Shown here: piece by piece, positions 35,257 to 46,468 of the stretch
Layout: every line of letters starts with the position of its first letter
Numbering within the stretch: position 1 is the first letter of the stretch
Assembly: GCA_051530055.1 (NCBI GenBank)
Contig: CM121342.1
Location: 8,279,412-8,343,411 of the forward strand
Source of the DNA: Neoechinorhynchus agilis
Lineage: Eukaryota; Animalia; Acanthocephala
Direction: 5' to 3'
Length of the DNA stretch: 64,000 bases
The notes under the pieces: generated by a model
What the model was told of the DNA's origin: nothing
Seen by the model: only the letters and a program-made list of their open reading frames with translations
Databases searched by the model: none
Translations under genes and position numbers: made by a program

Positions 35257-36760
35257 ATGAATTTTTATTTAATCAGTGATAGCCATGGCAAGACGCTGGA
35301 CCAATGCAAGGACATTTTGGATAGGTGGAAGGAATATTTCAGCACTCTGCTGAACACTGAGAATGACAGACTGCTTCTAGAGGACTTACACCCGAATGTC
35401 AATATGACGAGGCCGTACTCGTACGATGAGGTGGCTGCACAGCTCAGGAAAATGAAGACTGGTAGGAGCGGCGGTCCAGAGAACATGCCGATCGAACTGT
35501 GGCAGTCAATGGGAGTCTTGGGAATAAAGTTGCTCATGGGGCTCTTTCAGAAGATAGATGTTGAGGAAAAGATCCCGTCGGAATGGCAGGGAAGCATATT
35601 GATACTGATCTTCAAAGGCAAAGGAGATGTTCTGCAGTGTAGAAGCTACCGCGGCATCAAACTCATGTCTCACACAATGAAACTGTGGTAACGAATGATC
35701 GATTACAGGATTAGCGAGGAGATCCGAATCAGCGAGGATCAACGGGGATTCGTGCCCGGCAGAAGCACAATCGACGCCATATTCGTGCTGAGGCAGCTGT
35801 ATGAGAGGTAGTGTGTTTGTCGATTTGGATGGGGCGTACGACACGGTCCCTCGGGATCTTGCGATCCAGTGTGGGCATGGCTCAGTAAAAGGAATTGTCC
35901 CGAACACTATGTCGCGGCGATCCAAGCGATGCATCGAGAGTGCTACACCTGCGTGCGATGCCACAGCGGAACCACCGACTATTTCCGAGTCTCCGTGGGT
36001 CGGCAACAGGGTTCCACCCTGAGCTCATTCTTGTTATCGATCGCCGGACGATTTGTTGCTCACAGCTAGGGACGTGGACACGCTCAAGAATTTGTTGGAG
36101 AGTTGGCGACAGCAATTAGGAAGCAACGGATTGAGAGTGAACAGGTGCAAAACGAAATACATGGAGCCGGGTAACATCGATATGCAAGGAACTCAGATCG
36201 AAAAGATGAACACCTTCAAATATTTGGGCAGCATGTTGAACATGCAATGTGAGCTCACACCAGAGATCGGACAAAGAGTTCAATGCAGGTGGAACAACTG
36301 GAGGAAGACAATAGGCATCCTTTGCGATAAGCTTCTCCCGAACAAGATTTAAGGGCGGGTGTACAAGGCAGTAGTGCGACCCGCAATGCTTTACGGAGCA
36401 GAGACGTGGGCTACGAAGAAGGAAGACGTTCAACGATTAGCCGTCAACGAAATGCGTATGCTGAGATGGTCTGCAGGATTGACACGCAAGGATCGAGTGA
36501 ACAATGAGGAGGTGCGATAGCTGTTTGCTGTCGAGCCGATAGAGGAGGCAATCGCTAAGAGGCGGATGCGATGCTACCTGCAGGTGACACAAGCAGATGA
36601 AGACGTCTGGGTGAAGAGCGTATGGAGAATCGAGCTCGAGGGGAAAAGAGGGATGCACAAGAAGAGGTGGAAGGACAGTATGAGCGGAGATCTCAAGACG
36701 CTCGGAAAGGAGAATAACGAAGACGAAAGCTGACAATGCTGAAAAGAACGACCTCTCAAG
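35257..36760 (+). mobile_element. 5'-truncated degenerate RTE-clade LINE
   Basis: RWKEYF; IFKGKGD..YRGIKLMSH; QRGFVPGRSTIDAIF; FVDL..AYD; FKYLGS; VVRPAMLYGAETW; EMRMLRW. Confidence 0.92.
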
Positions 36761-36982
36761 TGAGAGACCATACCATAATGGAATTTTTAATTTCCTTTTT
36801 TAAAAATCACCGTCCAAACAGCGCTTAACGAAGAATAAGCGATTGCCGTCTTGCTTGAACAATTACGCGATCGACACTCGTGTATTTTGTTGTGGTTTCT
36901 TCAAAATCAATCATTTTTTACAAATTAAAAATTTAATTATCAATTCTTTTTATTATTTTATGTTATTAAGGTTAGCCATTCA

Positions 36983-37055
36983 GCCCGGTTAGCTCAATCG
37001 GTAGAGCGTGGGACTTTTAATCCCAAGGTCGTGGGTTCGAGCCCCACATCGGGCG
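36983..37055 (+). tRNA. trnK: tRNA-Lys(TTT)
   Basis: gcccggt...atcgggcg acceptor stem, anticodon arm tggga-ct-TTT-aa-tccca, T-loop ggttcgagcc. Confidence 0.97.
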
Positions 37056-37345
37056 CAAATGCGCCTCCATGGATATCTCTTCTTCCAAAACACCGTTTTC
37101 TTCAACGGCCAACAATTGAACTTGGGCGAAGTCCCGCGATTGTGACGAAAGAGCCGACCAGCGTCCGGATGACACGTAATGAGCCTCTAATGTAAGCTGT
37201 AATTGATTTCTTAGAACAAAGCAGGAAATAGCTAATTATTAGTAGACGACATAAAGACGCTCGTGTTAAAAAATCCAATACCAGCTCGCTCGACCATTTC
37301 GCACAATGTAAACTTTTGGTAAACGTAATACTCGCAGTCATAACC

Positions 37346-37448
37346 TATTTGAGATATTTCGCGAGGTCTCGCCTCCTCCTTACATATTTAAAAACTTACA
37401 TGCAATGACTGATGGGACGAGGTAATCTCCTCCGAAATATCTCAAATA
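37346..37448. repeat. Short palindromic element with 16-bp perfect arms
   Basis: tatttgagatatttcg (37346-37361) / cgaaatatctcaaata (37433-37448). Confidence 0.75.
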
Positions 37449-37654
37449 AATCAAATAGCTTATGAGCGGGTGATTATGTTCAGGATTTTCTCTGTCGATG
37501 ATTTCGTACAAGTTTGGCACGCAGTGGAACAAATTGGGATGCTCAATCTAAGGACGGTGCATATTGATCCATTCCGCCACGTGAATTTTTAGACCTTGAT
37601 TAAAAGAGCGCCTCCGAAATAGTCGTAGGGATGGAATAATTTTGGACTAAGGCT

Positions 37655-37891
37655 TATATTTCATCAACTTTTCTTTACATTCACCACCTCCCACCAAATT
37701 CCAGCTTTTGTCCTTCCTCGACCGTCGCCATCACGCTGGCAGCATTGCCCCGTTGTACTGCCAGCGAGATATTTTGTCGAAGAAATAAGCCTGCTCTTGA
37801 GTCTCCGGTTGCCTCTCTCAATTTCTTCGAGAGATCCTTGAGCAGAGAGAGTGCCGAGCTGCCGAGCGCGCCGGGAAACAATCGTTTCCAT
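37655..37891 (-). mobile_element. CRE-clade 3' tail (second subfamily) abutting tRNA-Ala
   Basis: GALGSSALSLLKDLSKKLREATGDSRAGLFLRQNISLAVQRGNAASVMATV, the REL C-terminus. Confidence 0.88.
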
Positions 37892-37963
37892 GGAGATGCC
37901 GGGTATCGATCCCAGTGCCTCTCGCATGCGAAGCGAGCGCTCTACCATTTGAGCTACACCCCC
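37891..37963 (-). tRNA. trnA: tRNA-Ala(CGC)
   Basis: GGGGGTG/CATCTCC acceptor stem with G3:U70, anticodon arm ctcgc-tt-CGC-at-gcgag, T-loop GATCGAT. Confidence 0.96.
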
Positions 37964-38705
37964 AGCTGCCGTCTACTAACAGGACGAATAAATAATAAGA
38001 CAGCTTAAAAAGAAGTTCATATTCAATGAATATCGTTAACCGCATAAGTGACCAATGCAATTTGGATCCTTATATTTCCTTCCATCATAGAACTGCGGTT
38101 AGCCCATGCGCCTTTTACAGAGATCCGATTGCTTTACCTGGGAAATCCACACGATTTATGGCAAAATGCAGTAGTCACCACAGTCCCATTCTCCACTGAT
38201 TCCGGATATCACCGTTGAGGACTTTTAGGAGAGCTGTGAAGGGCCCTTCAAAAATCCCCATCCAACATGACTTGTCGTTTCTGACATTGTAATATTTTGG
38301 ATATAATCACTTTTATAATTGCAATGAGGCCTCCTCTAATGATTTTCTTGGACAGGGACTTCCTTTCCGAAAAACTTACAATTCTTAAGAACTCCTCCTA
38401 CCTAGAGTACAAAATATTGAATTAAAAAGCGATCCATTGAAAGCAAATTTTTAAAATTTTAAAAATGGACACTTGAGGGCTTGTTCGGTCTGATAAAAAG
38501 AAGAAAATCTTTATTTCCGAGAACTTTCACCGTTGGTTCGGCCGCTTAAGTTCAGGAATTGTTTCGCGAGTTTGTTGTCGCCAGAGAAAATCCAAATTAA
38601 GAATCAAATGAGTATTGAACACTTTGTTAGAGACGAATGGTTCGCACGTAAGAATCAGTCCATACTTAGCACTTCAGACAAATCCGGTTTTTGTTCAAAA
38701 TCGAT

Positions 38706-39191
38706 ATGCCGAATATAATAGGTATCGATAAAAATGATCCAAATCGGACCGTTCCACCGTATTCGATCAGATTAACCCAAGATGACATTTACAAGGTACG
38801 GCTCCGATCGTTAGGTCGCATGGATCAAGCGTTCATACTGAACAAAAACATGACCTTCTATTCGGCACAATTGGTCGCCCAATCGGCGATGGTTCACTAC
38901 CGAATCTCCCATATCATCTTCGGTCTATCGCCCGCGTGGAGTGCTTATGGATTTTTGATTGCTTGTACTGCACCGCCACTCATTGCATGCCTTTTAAATG
39001 ATTTCTTTGTTCAACGACCCTTGATCACTGAACAAGTCGCATGCTCCGTTTGTCTTGAGTCACGAGCTGCACTCATTGGTTCCACTGTTGGAATCTGTCT
39101 ACCTGCCGCTTTATCAGCCATATCAAGTTCTGTGCTTAAGAAAATCGATTGGAAATTAATCGACGTTCTCAAACGACAAAAACTAAGTTAA
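38706..39191 (+). CDS. TMEM126: TMEM126-family mitochondrial membrane protein (3' end may be spliced)
   Basis: FVQRPLITEQVACSVCLESRAALIGSTVGICLP matches the TMEM126 FVxxPL..CxxC..R..L.G..G..P signature. Confidence 0.75.
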   Translation: MPNIIGIDKNDPNRTVPPYSIRLTQDDIYKVRLRSLGRMDQAFILNKNMTFYSAQLVAQSAMVHYRISHIIFGLSPAWSAYGFLIACTAPPLIACLLNDFFVQRPLITEQVACSVCLESRAALIGSTVGICLPAALSAISSSVLKKIDWKLIDVLKRQKLS

Positions 39192-39304
39192 GAATGAACT
39201 GAAAAGCAATCCAAAATTTTATATTGTAGTTAAAAACTGGTTCTATAAGAATAGAGGTCGAATCTTAAAAAATATTCCCGATATTTCTTCACTTAATTTT
39301 ACAT

Positions 39305-39663
39305 AAAAAATAGATCCATACTCACTATGTTAGGGTTATTTGATATTTAAACTTCTTTGATAGCACACTAATTTATTCTAATTCGTCCAAAAAGTTCTAT
39401 AAGTCTTTTGATGACATTTTTTTGACAATTTCCACCCTGAGATGCATTTCCATTGAACTTTTTCCGTCTCACAAACAATGAAGTTTGTGTGCAGCGAAAT
39501 GATGTGAAGCGTCAAGTGCATTTCTTGTGGTTGAAAAGGCAACGTTCACCGAACTTTATTCAGTTAAGTTTAGATAAAAAAAATAGATCCATACTCACTA
39601 TGTTAGGATTATTTTATATTTAAACTTCTTTGATAGCACACTAATTTATTCTAATTCGTCCAA
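39305..39663. repeat. About 85-bp direct repeat pair (39305-39389 and 39578-39663)
   Basis: aaaaaatagatccatactcactatgttagg...ctaattcgtccaa occurs twice. Confidence 0.9.
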
Positions 39664-39783
39664 GAAAATCAAATAACTTTTTGCCGGCATAAACCAAAAA
39701 CAAAAGTTTGCAAAGTCAAACGCCATGCAAAATGAACGCATCTTTATGTTTTCTACTATTGTCTTCGGGGGGGGAGAAAGATA

Positions 39784-39869
39784 CTTTCTATTGGTAGTTT
39801 TGCAACCCTGGGTTTTCGGAAATAAAGCAGTGAAATTAAATCCGGGATGGCAAAACTACCAATAGAAAG
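39784..39869. repeat. 86-bp palindromic element with perfect 20-bp arms
   Basis: ctttctattggtagttttgc / gcaaaactaccaatagaaag. Confidence 0.85.
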
Positions 39870-40474
39870 CACGCATCTTAATTTTTTAATACCAATTCCT
39901 TAAGATATGACCTGCCTTCCCATTGGTCCATTTTAGAATACAAGTTCTTACCTAATTTTAACCGTTAAAAATGATAAAACCGAATTAATTCTTTACATCG
40001 TTTATTTTAACGAGGCCAAAATAATTTTACTAATATTGGACCGGTTATTTTATGCGATCGTTAAATGATTTTTCTTTTTCGATCAGAGACTTTATGTGGA
40101 TTTATAAATGATTAATACGAAAATAAATGATCGATCTAGATGAGAAGATTTTTTGAGAATTTTCGAAATGTCATTCATTTTTTAGTTTCCACGAGTTAAC
40201 TTCTCGGAATTCAGTTCATTTTTAGCAAACAACGTCATCTCGTTGGTCACTCGTTGGTTGCAGCACTGTTCGCGATTGGATTAACATCATTTCAGTACGC
40301 TCGATTTGAGCAAATTCGTCCACAGATCTCGTATTCTCGTATCGATCTCGACCCGGTGTTGAATTCCGATGACAAGTATGAGTTTTGTGGGCTTAATAAA
40401 TAAACAGAATTTCGTATCGATAGTTCTTAATTGATATTTAAAATCTCTTTTGCCATCTTTGAAAATTGCTAGAT

Positions 40475-40726
40475 ATGAACGAACAAATGGCGGATGCAAT
40501 GCGAGGTTTGGAAATCGAGATGATGCAGGATTTGTATACAAGGGTCGTTCGGACTTGTCATTCGAAATGTATAGGAGGCCGGTACTATGATCAAGAGCTT
40601 TCCAAAGGACAATCGATATGTGTCGATAGATGCGTCAGTAAATTCATCGAAGTTCATGACCGCGTCGGTAAAATATTAACCGCTAATCCTCAAATGAACG
40701 ATCAAAATAATTCAGACGTGAAATGA
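40475..40726 (+). CDS. TIMM10: Mitochondrial import inner membrane translocase subunit Tim10
   Basis: LEIEMMQDLY, twin CX3C (CHSKC, CVDRC), ELSKGQS. Intronless. Confidence 0.95.
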   Translation: MNEQMADAMRGLEIEMMQDLYTRVVRTCHSKCIGGRYYDQELSKGQSICVDRCVSKFIEVHDRVGKILTANPQMNDQNNSDVK

Positions 40727-40887
40727 GTCTTTTTTCTTCTTGTGATGGAGGATGAAAAAGTTAGAGGTCATGAAACTTTGATTATACGCGAATTTGCGAG
40801 AAGTTAATTTGTGAACGTCTTTTACTGTAATTGAAAATTCAAATTGTTTGTTTATGGCATTGAAAAATTGAAAGAATTTCATTAAAT

Positions 40888-40996
40888 CCGATTGTTTTCG
40901 GAGCCACAATCTTGCGTACGTCTTTTTATAAAAAGGTTGCAAAATTGTTTGCTTGATTAAGGCGTACGCAAGATTATGCACTTGGGAAATATCGTT
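40888..40996. repeat. Palindromic element of the family at 42135-42220
   Basis: cacaatcttgcgtacg (40905-40920) / cgtacgcaagattatg (40963-40978), with gaaatatcg at the right end. Confidence 0.65.
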
Positions 40997-41306
40997 TTTT
41001 AAATAAATTACTACTACAATTTTTCCGCCATAAACAAACATGAATAATTCAATCTTCAAACAAAATTCAAAATACAAAGCACTCCTGGGAGTGGATAATC
41101 ATTATTTATCTTCGCATTCAGTCCCACAAAGCGTAAAAAATAGGCCGAATCGAGGTGCAATCATGAAAAACAAAAACTAGAAACTTTGAATTTCCGTAAT
41201 ATAATATTCTATTGAAATATTTTGCGAGGAAACTCAGATAAAATATTTTTTATTCGGATCTGCAATTCTACAATCTCGAACGATATTCTCTTGATATGAA
41301 TCATAC

Positions 41307-42974
41307 CTTTGGTTGATTCGGTTGTTCGTTGTTATTTGAACCAAAATTTTGTAAGAATTTTACAGCCGGATGCTCTTCCACACGCCGAACCTCCTCCTTT
41401 TTCAGCTGGGCTTGGGACCGTGCTTGGCGGAGTTTTTCATACCGGATTGCATCAAACAGTATAAATTGGTTGTCGAGGGAACCGCAACCTCTCGAGAGAG
41501 AAAAATGCGTGAGTGAGAAGATAAACCGATTTGATACCGCTGTTGCTTAAATCTCAAATACCGTCAATCCACAAGAAATCTATTGTTTTATTTGCTGACA
41601 AAAGGTTTGATATCTAAATGAGTTCGATTAAGCGAATATTTCTCATTTTTCTCAATTGGAATCCCATTCTTCGGCAATAAGACGTAAAAAAAAGTCACGG
41701 AACGTGTTATCGCTCCTAGCTCACTTTAGATGCCATTATGCAGTTCAAAAACGTAAATACAACACTGATGAGGTTCATTCGCAGTTCATGCATTTTTTTA
41801 CAATACCATTGGCGTTTTATCCTAGACTTTTTGCAAACGGTGCAGCTCACGAACTCTGGGAAATTGTTATGTGGAACGTTAGAGAAGAAATGGTTTGCCT
41901 GCGTGATTCTTAACTCATGTGGTGGCGATGAGGCTTATCTTTTATATCGATTCTAAAAAGTACGCCTTTTCGGAACCGCGATGAATATAAAAGCGTCTTA
42001 GATTCTCATCATATCTTCGTTGTTGAGAAATTAAGCACAATATTTTCAGAATAGTAACATCGAAAATCTTTGGACTTGCGAATTGAAATATTTTGTCAAT
42101 CATTTCGCGAAATTAAGGAAGTAATGTTTATGGCCCGATATTTCAGCATAATCTTGTACGCTTTTATCAAGATTGTTTCGTACTTCATCAAAAACGTACA
42201 AGATTGTGCCGAAATATCGGATCTTATAAAAAAAATTAATTTTTTACACGTCATAAACAAGCACGAATTGGCTTCAAATGTTTCCGTCCGTTTCCTTTGG
42301 ACGCAATGCGATTCGTTTCAAAAAAATCTTTAATGGCTCTTACATTTATCCTAAATTCTACGATATAAATAACGAACATTTTAAAAATTTAAAGGGGTTT
42401 CTAACGTGAAATATTTTGAAACTTAACGCGGCGATAAATCGAATAAATTTCAACAAATCTGTGGTTAACAAAGTCCACAGAAAATCTTTTAAAAAAGAAT
42501 AACATTTCAATTAGAATTTCATATATGAACCTTCGTGGACACGATTTATCTGATTAAATTCTAACCTAAAAACATCGTCAAAAAGTAACGACTAAAAACT
42601 TTATCTTCGAAAAAAAACAATTTTTTATGAGCAAAGCTGCCTATTCAAAAATTCCGAATTGATCTCTGACTAAAGCATTCTAAAATAATTCTAAAGATCG
42701 AAGACAAATCGCTCTCTAATTACCAATTTACTTTACAACCAAATTCGGTTCGATTGCAATATCTTCTAAACTCTGTAACCTTAGACCGTTCAACATTGAA
42801 CTACCGTCAAACTCATTGTTGATTGAAAACGCTTCCAATTGAGCCTGAAGTGATATTTTTTTACTTCCGTCTTTCTCGTCTCCAACGCCTTTATCACCTT
42901 TCGACCACGACGGCGCATTTATGCACCACTGAAACTTGTTACGTAGTCGATTCCATGGATCCGAGCCAAAGTGC
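41307..42974 (-). CDS. Candidate exons (42974-42732 and 41490-41307) of an unidentified spliced gene
   Basis: Open frames bounded by AG/GT in compatible phase: HFGSDPWNRLRNKFQWCINAPSW... and LDNQFILFDAIRYEKLRQ...HPAVKFL. No family recognised. Confidence 0.3.
42135..42220. repeat. 86-bp palindromic element with 30-bp arms (3 mismatches)
   Basis: ccgatatttcagcataatcttgtacgcttt / aaaacgtacaagattgtgccgaaatatcgg. A half copy lies at about 11672-11703. Confidence 0.8.
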
Positions 42975-44209
42975 CTGATTCGATTTTACGATTGCTGATT
43001 TCGCTTCTGTGGTCTCAGAAGAGAATTCTAGCAGCTCAGATTTCGAAAACTTTCTAATTAATCTTAGGTTAACTTCCGAGTGTTAAGAACTTTGATATCT
43101 ATAATCTAACGGCCGTCGCAGGAAAAAAACTTACTAAGGAATTTATAATCTTTAGAAGGTTTACGATACATTTGAAATCTCTATTGCTCATGTCGACTTT
43201 TTTTAAAGCGTGGAAAAGAATTATTTTTCTAATTAAATACTTTAATGCGTTTTGTCAATTGGAAACCTTTTTTTATTTACCTTCAGCTCGTTATTACCTC
43301 TTCGTTTTGAGTAGAAATTCCACATTGAATTTAATGTGGATTAATTTCTTTATCTCCACAACCTTTGCAAATATTTCAGTTTCTACACGGATTAAGATGA
43401 GTCCTTTTACACTCATTCCGTTTTTGTGGATTATACTGAACCTTTTTATTTTATATCATTTGAAATGGTCGTCTATTTTCGAAAAATCCTTTCTAGTTGT
43501 TTACTCGTTCTAATTAATTTGTATTTCCATCAAAGAAGACAACAAGGATTTAATGGAAATCGATATTTTTTTGAATGTAATACACATTAGACATTTCTAT
43601 ATCAATCTGGTTTATTCCGAGTTCATGTTAGGAATATCTGTGTCTTTTGCTAAATTAGAAGCTCAATTTTAAGCGTTCCATTTGTATAGTCAAATCATAT
43701 ATTTATTTTGTAGAAGATAAAATTTTCTACTTAAAAATATTTAAATATAAATGGAAATGGATGGGAAATTCATCTGAAATTGCGAAGAGGCGTCTTTTTG
43801 AGGGATGAAATCAATCTTCAATCGAGAAAACTCGATTAACACGAGATTTTAAGATCACTTTAATGCAAATGCATCTACACTTGAATTTATATGGCCATCT
43901 CGGATTGAATGTACCGATTGATCTGTGCTATTTTACAAAATAGTTTGTCTTCAAAATATGTTGCAATCTAAAAGTGCACGTTCGATTGACTCTTTTGCGA
44001 TCTTCTTTTTTTTAAAAAAATTGCGTTTTTTTTCTCAAAAAATCATCAACGTAGCCTTTTCCATTTCAGTCAAACCATATTTTTCGCATTTATTATTGAT
44101 TTTTTTTGGAAAAAATACTTTGTGTACACATTAAAGCTATTTCCGGTATTGACAATATAATTCATTCTTTTCGTTCACAAATTCCTCCTTTTCGTTCAAC
44201 TCTGCAACT

Positions 44210-44395
44210 ATAATTGTTCGGCAGCTTCGCCGCGCTGATTTGCTGCATCAGGAAACTGCTGCAGCGCATGTCGCCGGTGGCATATTTCAGCATCTTTCCC
44301 AGTCGGGAAAGGAAATAATCGGCTTCTTTTCCGAGGCATCCCAACGTTTCCATTGCAATCGGAATGAATATATATATTGATGCCCGTCGAGCGAA
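44210..44395 (-). mobile_element. CRE-clade 3' fragment
   Basis: FIPIAMETLGCLGKEADYFLSRLGKMLKYATGD, near-identical to about 13155-13300. Confidence 0.85.
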
Positions 44396-46102
44396 GCACA
44401 TTAAAGAGTTTATTGATTTCTATTATTAAAATTGACACTCACTTCCGTCTAAAGAGTACGCGGAATCATTGTTAAAAGTCTTAATTTCCGGCATTTCTTT
44501 GAGCGACATCCCAAACCTAATAAATTTATGGATCATCTTACATATTTTCTCTGAGGGTAAACTTGACCAGACTTGCATAGTATCTTTTTTGAGCATTTAT
44601 AAAAAAGAGGAATTGCTACTATTTCTCAAAGAAATTGGAATTTCCCATTGGGATTGGATTCGCTTATGACAAACTGGAAGTCCTTGACAGAACATTAAAG
44701 ATCGGTCTCTCGGGCCATCTCTGTTATTTCTTACACATTGATCGAGCTAAGTACTTTTAAGAAGGTCTTTATAGTCCGTAGTCCAACAAAGCTCTCGCAA
44801 AATTACAACCGTCCTCCACAAGAAGCGCCCCACCGGGATCTTCTTTTCATGAGTGCAGCACTCACATTTCCGCAAACACGCAAAAAAGCTTGTCAACAAA
44901 GTTTTTGTTGAACACTACTGAATTTTTCTTCACAATCGTCGTCGTCGTCTCTCTCTTAGAAATGACAAAAGATATCAAAAATTGGACTTACCCTGTGGCC
45001 AACGAATGAAGTCTAGACGACTTTGTCAATCACACCCTTACCGACATCTCTCTCCTTCTCCCCCACCCCCACGTTCGAACAGTATCTTTTCGCCTTTTCT
45101 CTAAATACTTCATGAATATTTATTAAATGTCGGACCGAAAAGGTTATTACATTTATATGTTTAACAATTGACACTTTCTACGCTTGTGGTGGTTACAACA
45201 CTTCCAGTAGCCCGAATCTAAACCTACGAGCACTTCTCGTTGTTCCATTCGCACCGTTCGAAGTTTTTCCTTTTGCGGTACTCTCATTAATGGAGAAAAG
45301 AAATCTTTGAGATCGCTATACGTTTCTCGGATCTACCCTTTTGCTAAATTTTACTTCACAAAAGAATACATTTGTATTCGTATCGTCTTTTGGTTACTTC
45401 AAACAAGCGAATATCCCGAATTTTCTCTTATGGTATTAACTTTGGATATCTTTAGGTGCGAGCTTTCCACTCATCCAAACGTGGACTGAAACCGACGCTG
45501 CATTTCGTCCGTATACACTTCTACATCATTAACCGCGAGCTTTACACTTGTTAGGCATTCTTCGTCTTTAGGACCCATATTCTACGCACATAGTATGGTC
45601 CGAATCCGATTCATTGAGATTCTTATCCGATTCATAATTTCAAATATCTAATTTTAAAACAGATAATCTTTCCTCCCCATTATCCTACGAATAATTATTG
45701 AAATCTTTCATCCGATAGGTTTCCGGATCCCTAATTAAAATAAGGGTCGAATTTTCCCTTTTAGATTCACTTTTTAAACAAATAATTCACTGTTTTTTCT
45801 CAGGCCATGCGTATCAAGAGCTTTCTTTTAAGAAATACATCGACGCATGATAAAGATATGTGAGACACGGAGACTCGGATTCTTAGTCTAGGTAATGTAA
45901 GGAATGTGCCGGAATGACTACAACAAATAGTCCTCCAACGGACATCAGATTCGTTTTCTATCCAAAAGGAAGGGCCATTGCCAACAACCATCAAAAGAAA
46001 TCCCTTTTCAAACTCGAAATATTTCATCAAGCGGTTGCTAGTCGTTGCTGCTACTTTCAAACTGTAGGGATAAGATATCATGTTCGTATTAATTACATCT
46101 TT

Positions 46103-46452
46103 CTCCCAAAAAAGCTACAGATATTATTAATTCAAGGTCTTTTATATGGACCGATTATTTCGTTTTTGGAATGTTGTAAGCACAAGACAAATATTATTGT
46201 ATAAGAGCAAGAGACTAGTGCGTTTGGAGAGATTTAACTCGTCCGCGGACTTGAGAGCGGCCACACGCTTCCCCTCCCGCTCCCAAAAACTACAGATATT
46301 ATTAATTCAAGGTCTTTTATATGGACCGATTATTTCGTTTTTGGAATGTTGTAAGCACAAGACAAATACTTGTGTATAAGAGCGAGAGACTAGTGCGTTT
46401 GGAGAGATTTAACTCGTCCGCGGACTTGAGAGCGGCCACACACTTTCTCCCC
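46103..46452. repeat. 175-bp tandem duplication (2 copies) just upstream of the myosin gene
   Basis: atggaccgattatttcg occurs at 46146 and 46321. Confidence 0.9.
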
Positions 46453-46468
46453 GTTGTTTTTAGAGCAA

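Noticed and set aside
38060-38400. Possible APE endonuclease remnant on the minus strand (RGGLIAIIK, VMLDGDF)
   Set aside because: Only two short, weak motif matches with no supporting RT nearby.
45200-46081. Coding-looking minus-strand segments upstream of the myosin gene
   Set aside because: No recognisable family and no convincing exon chain.
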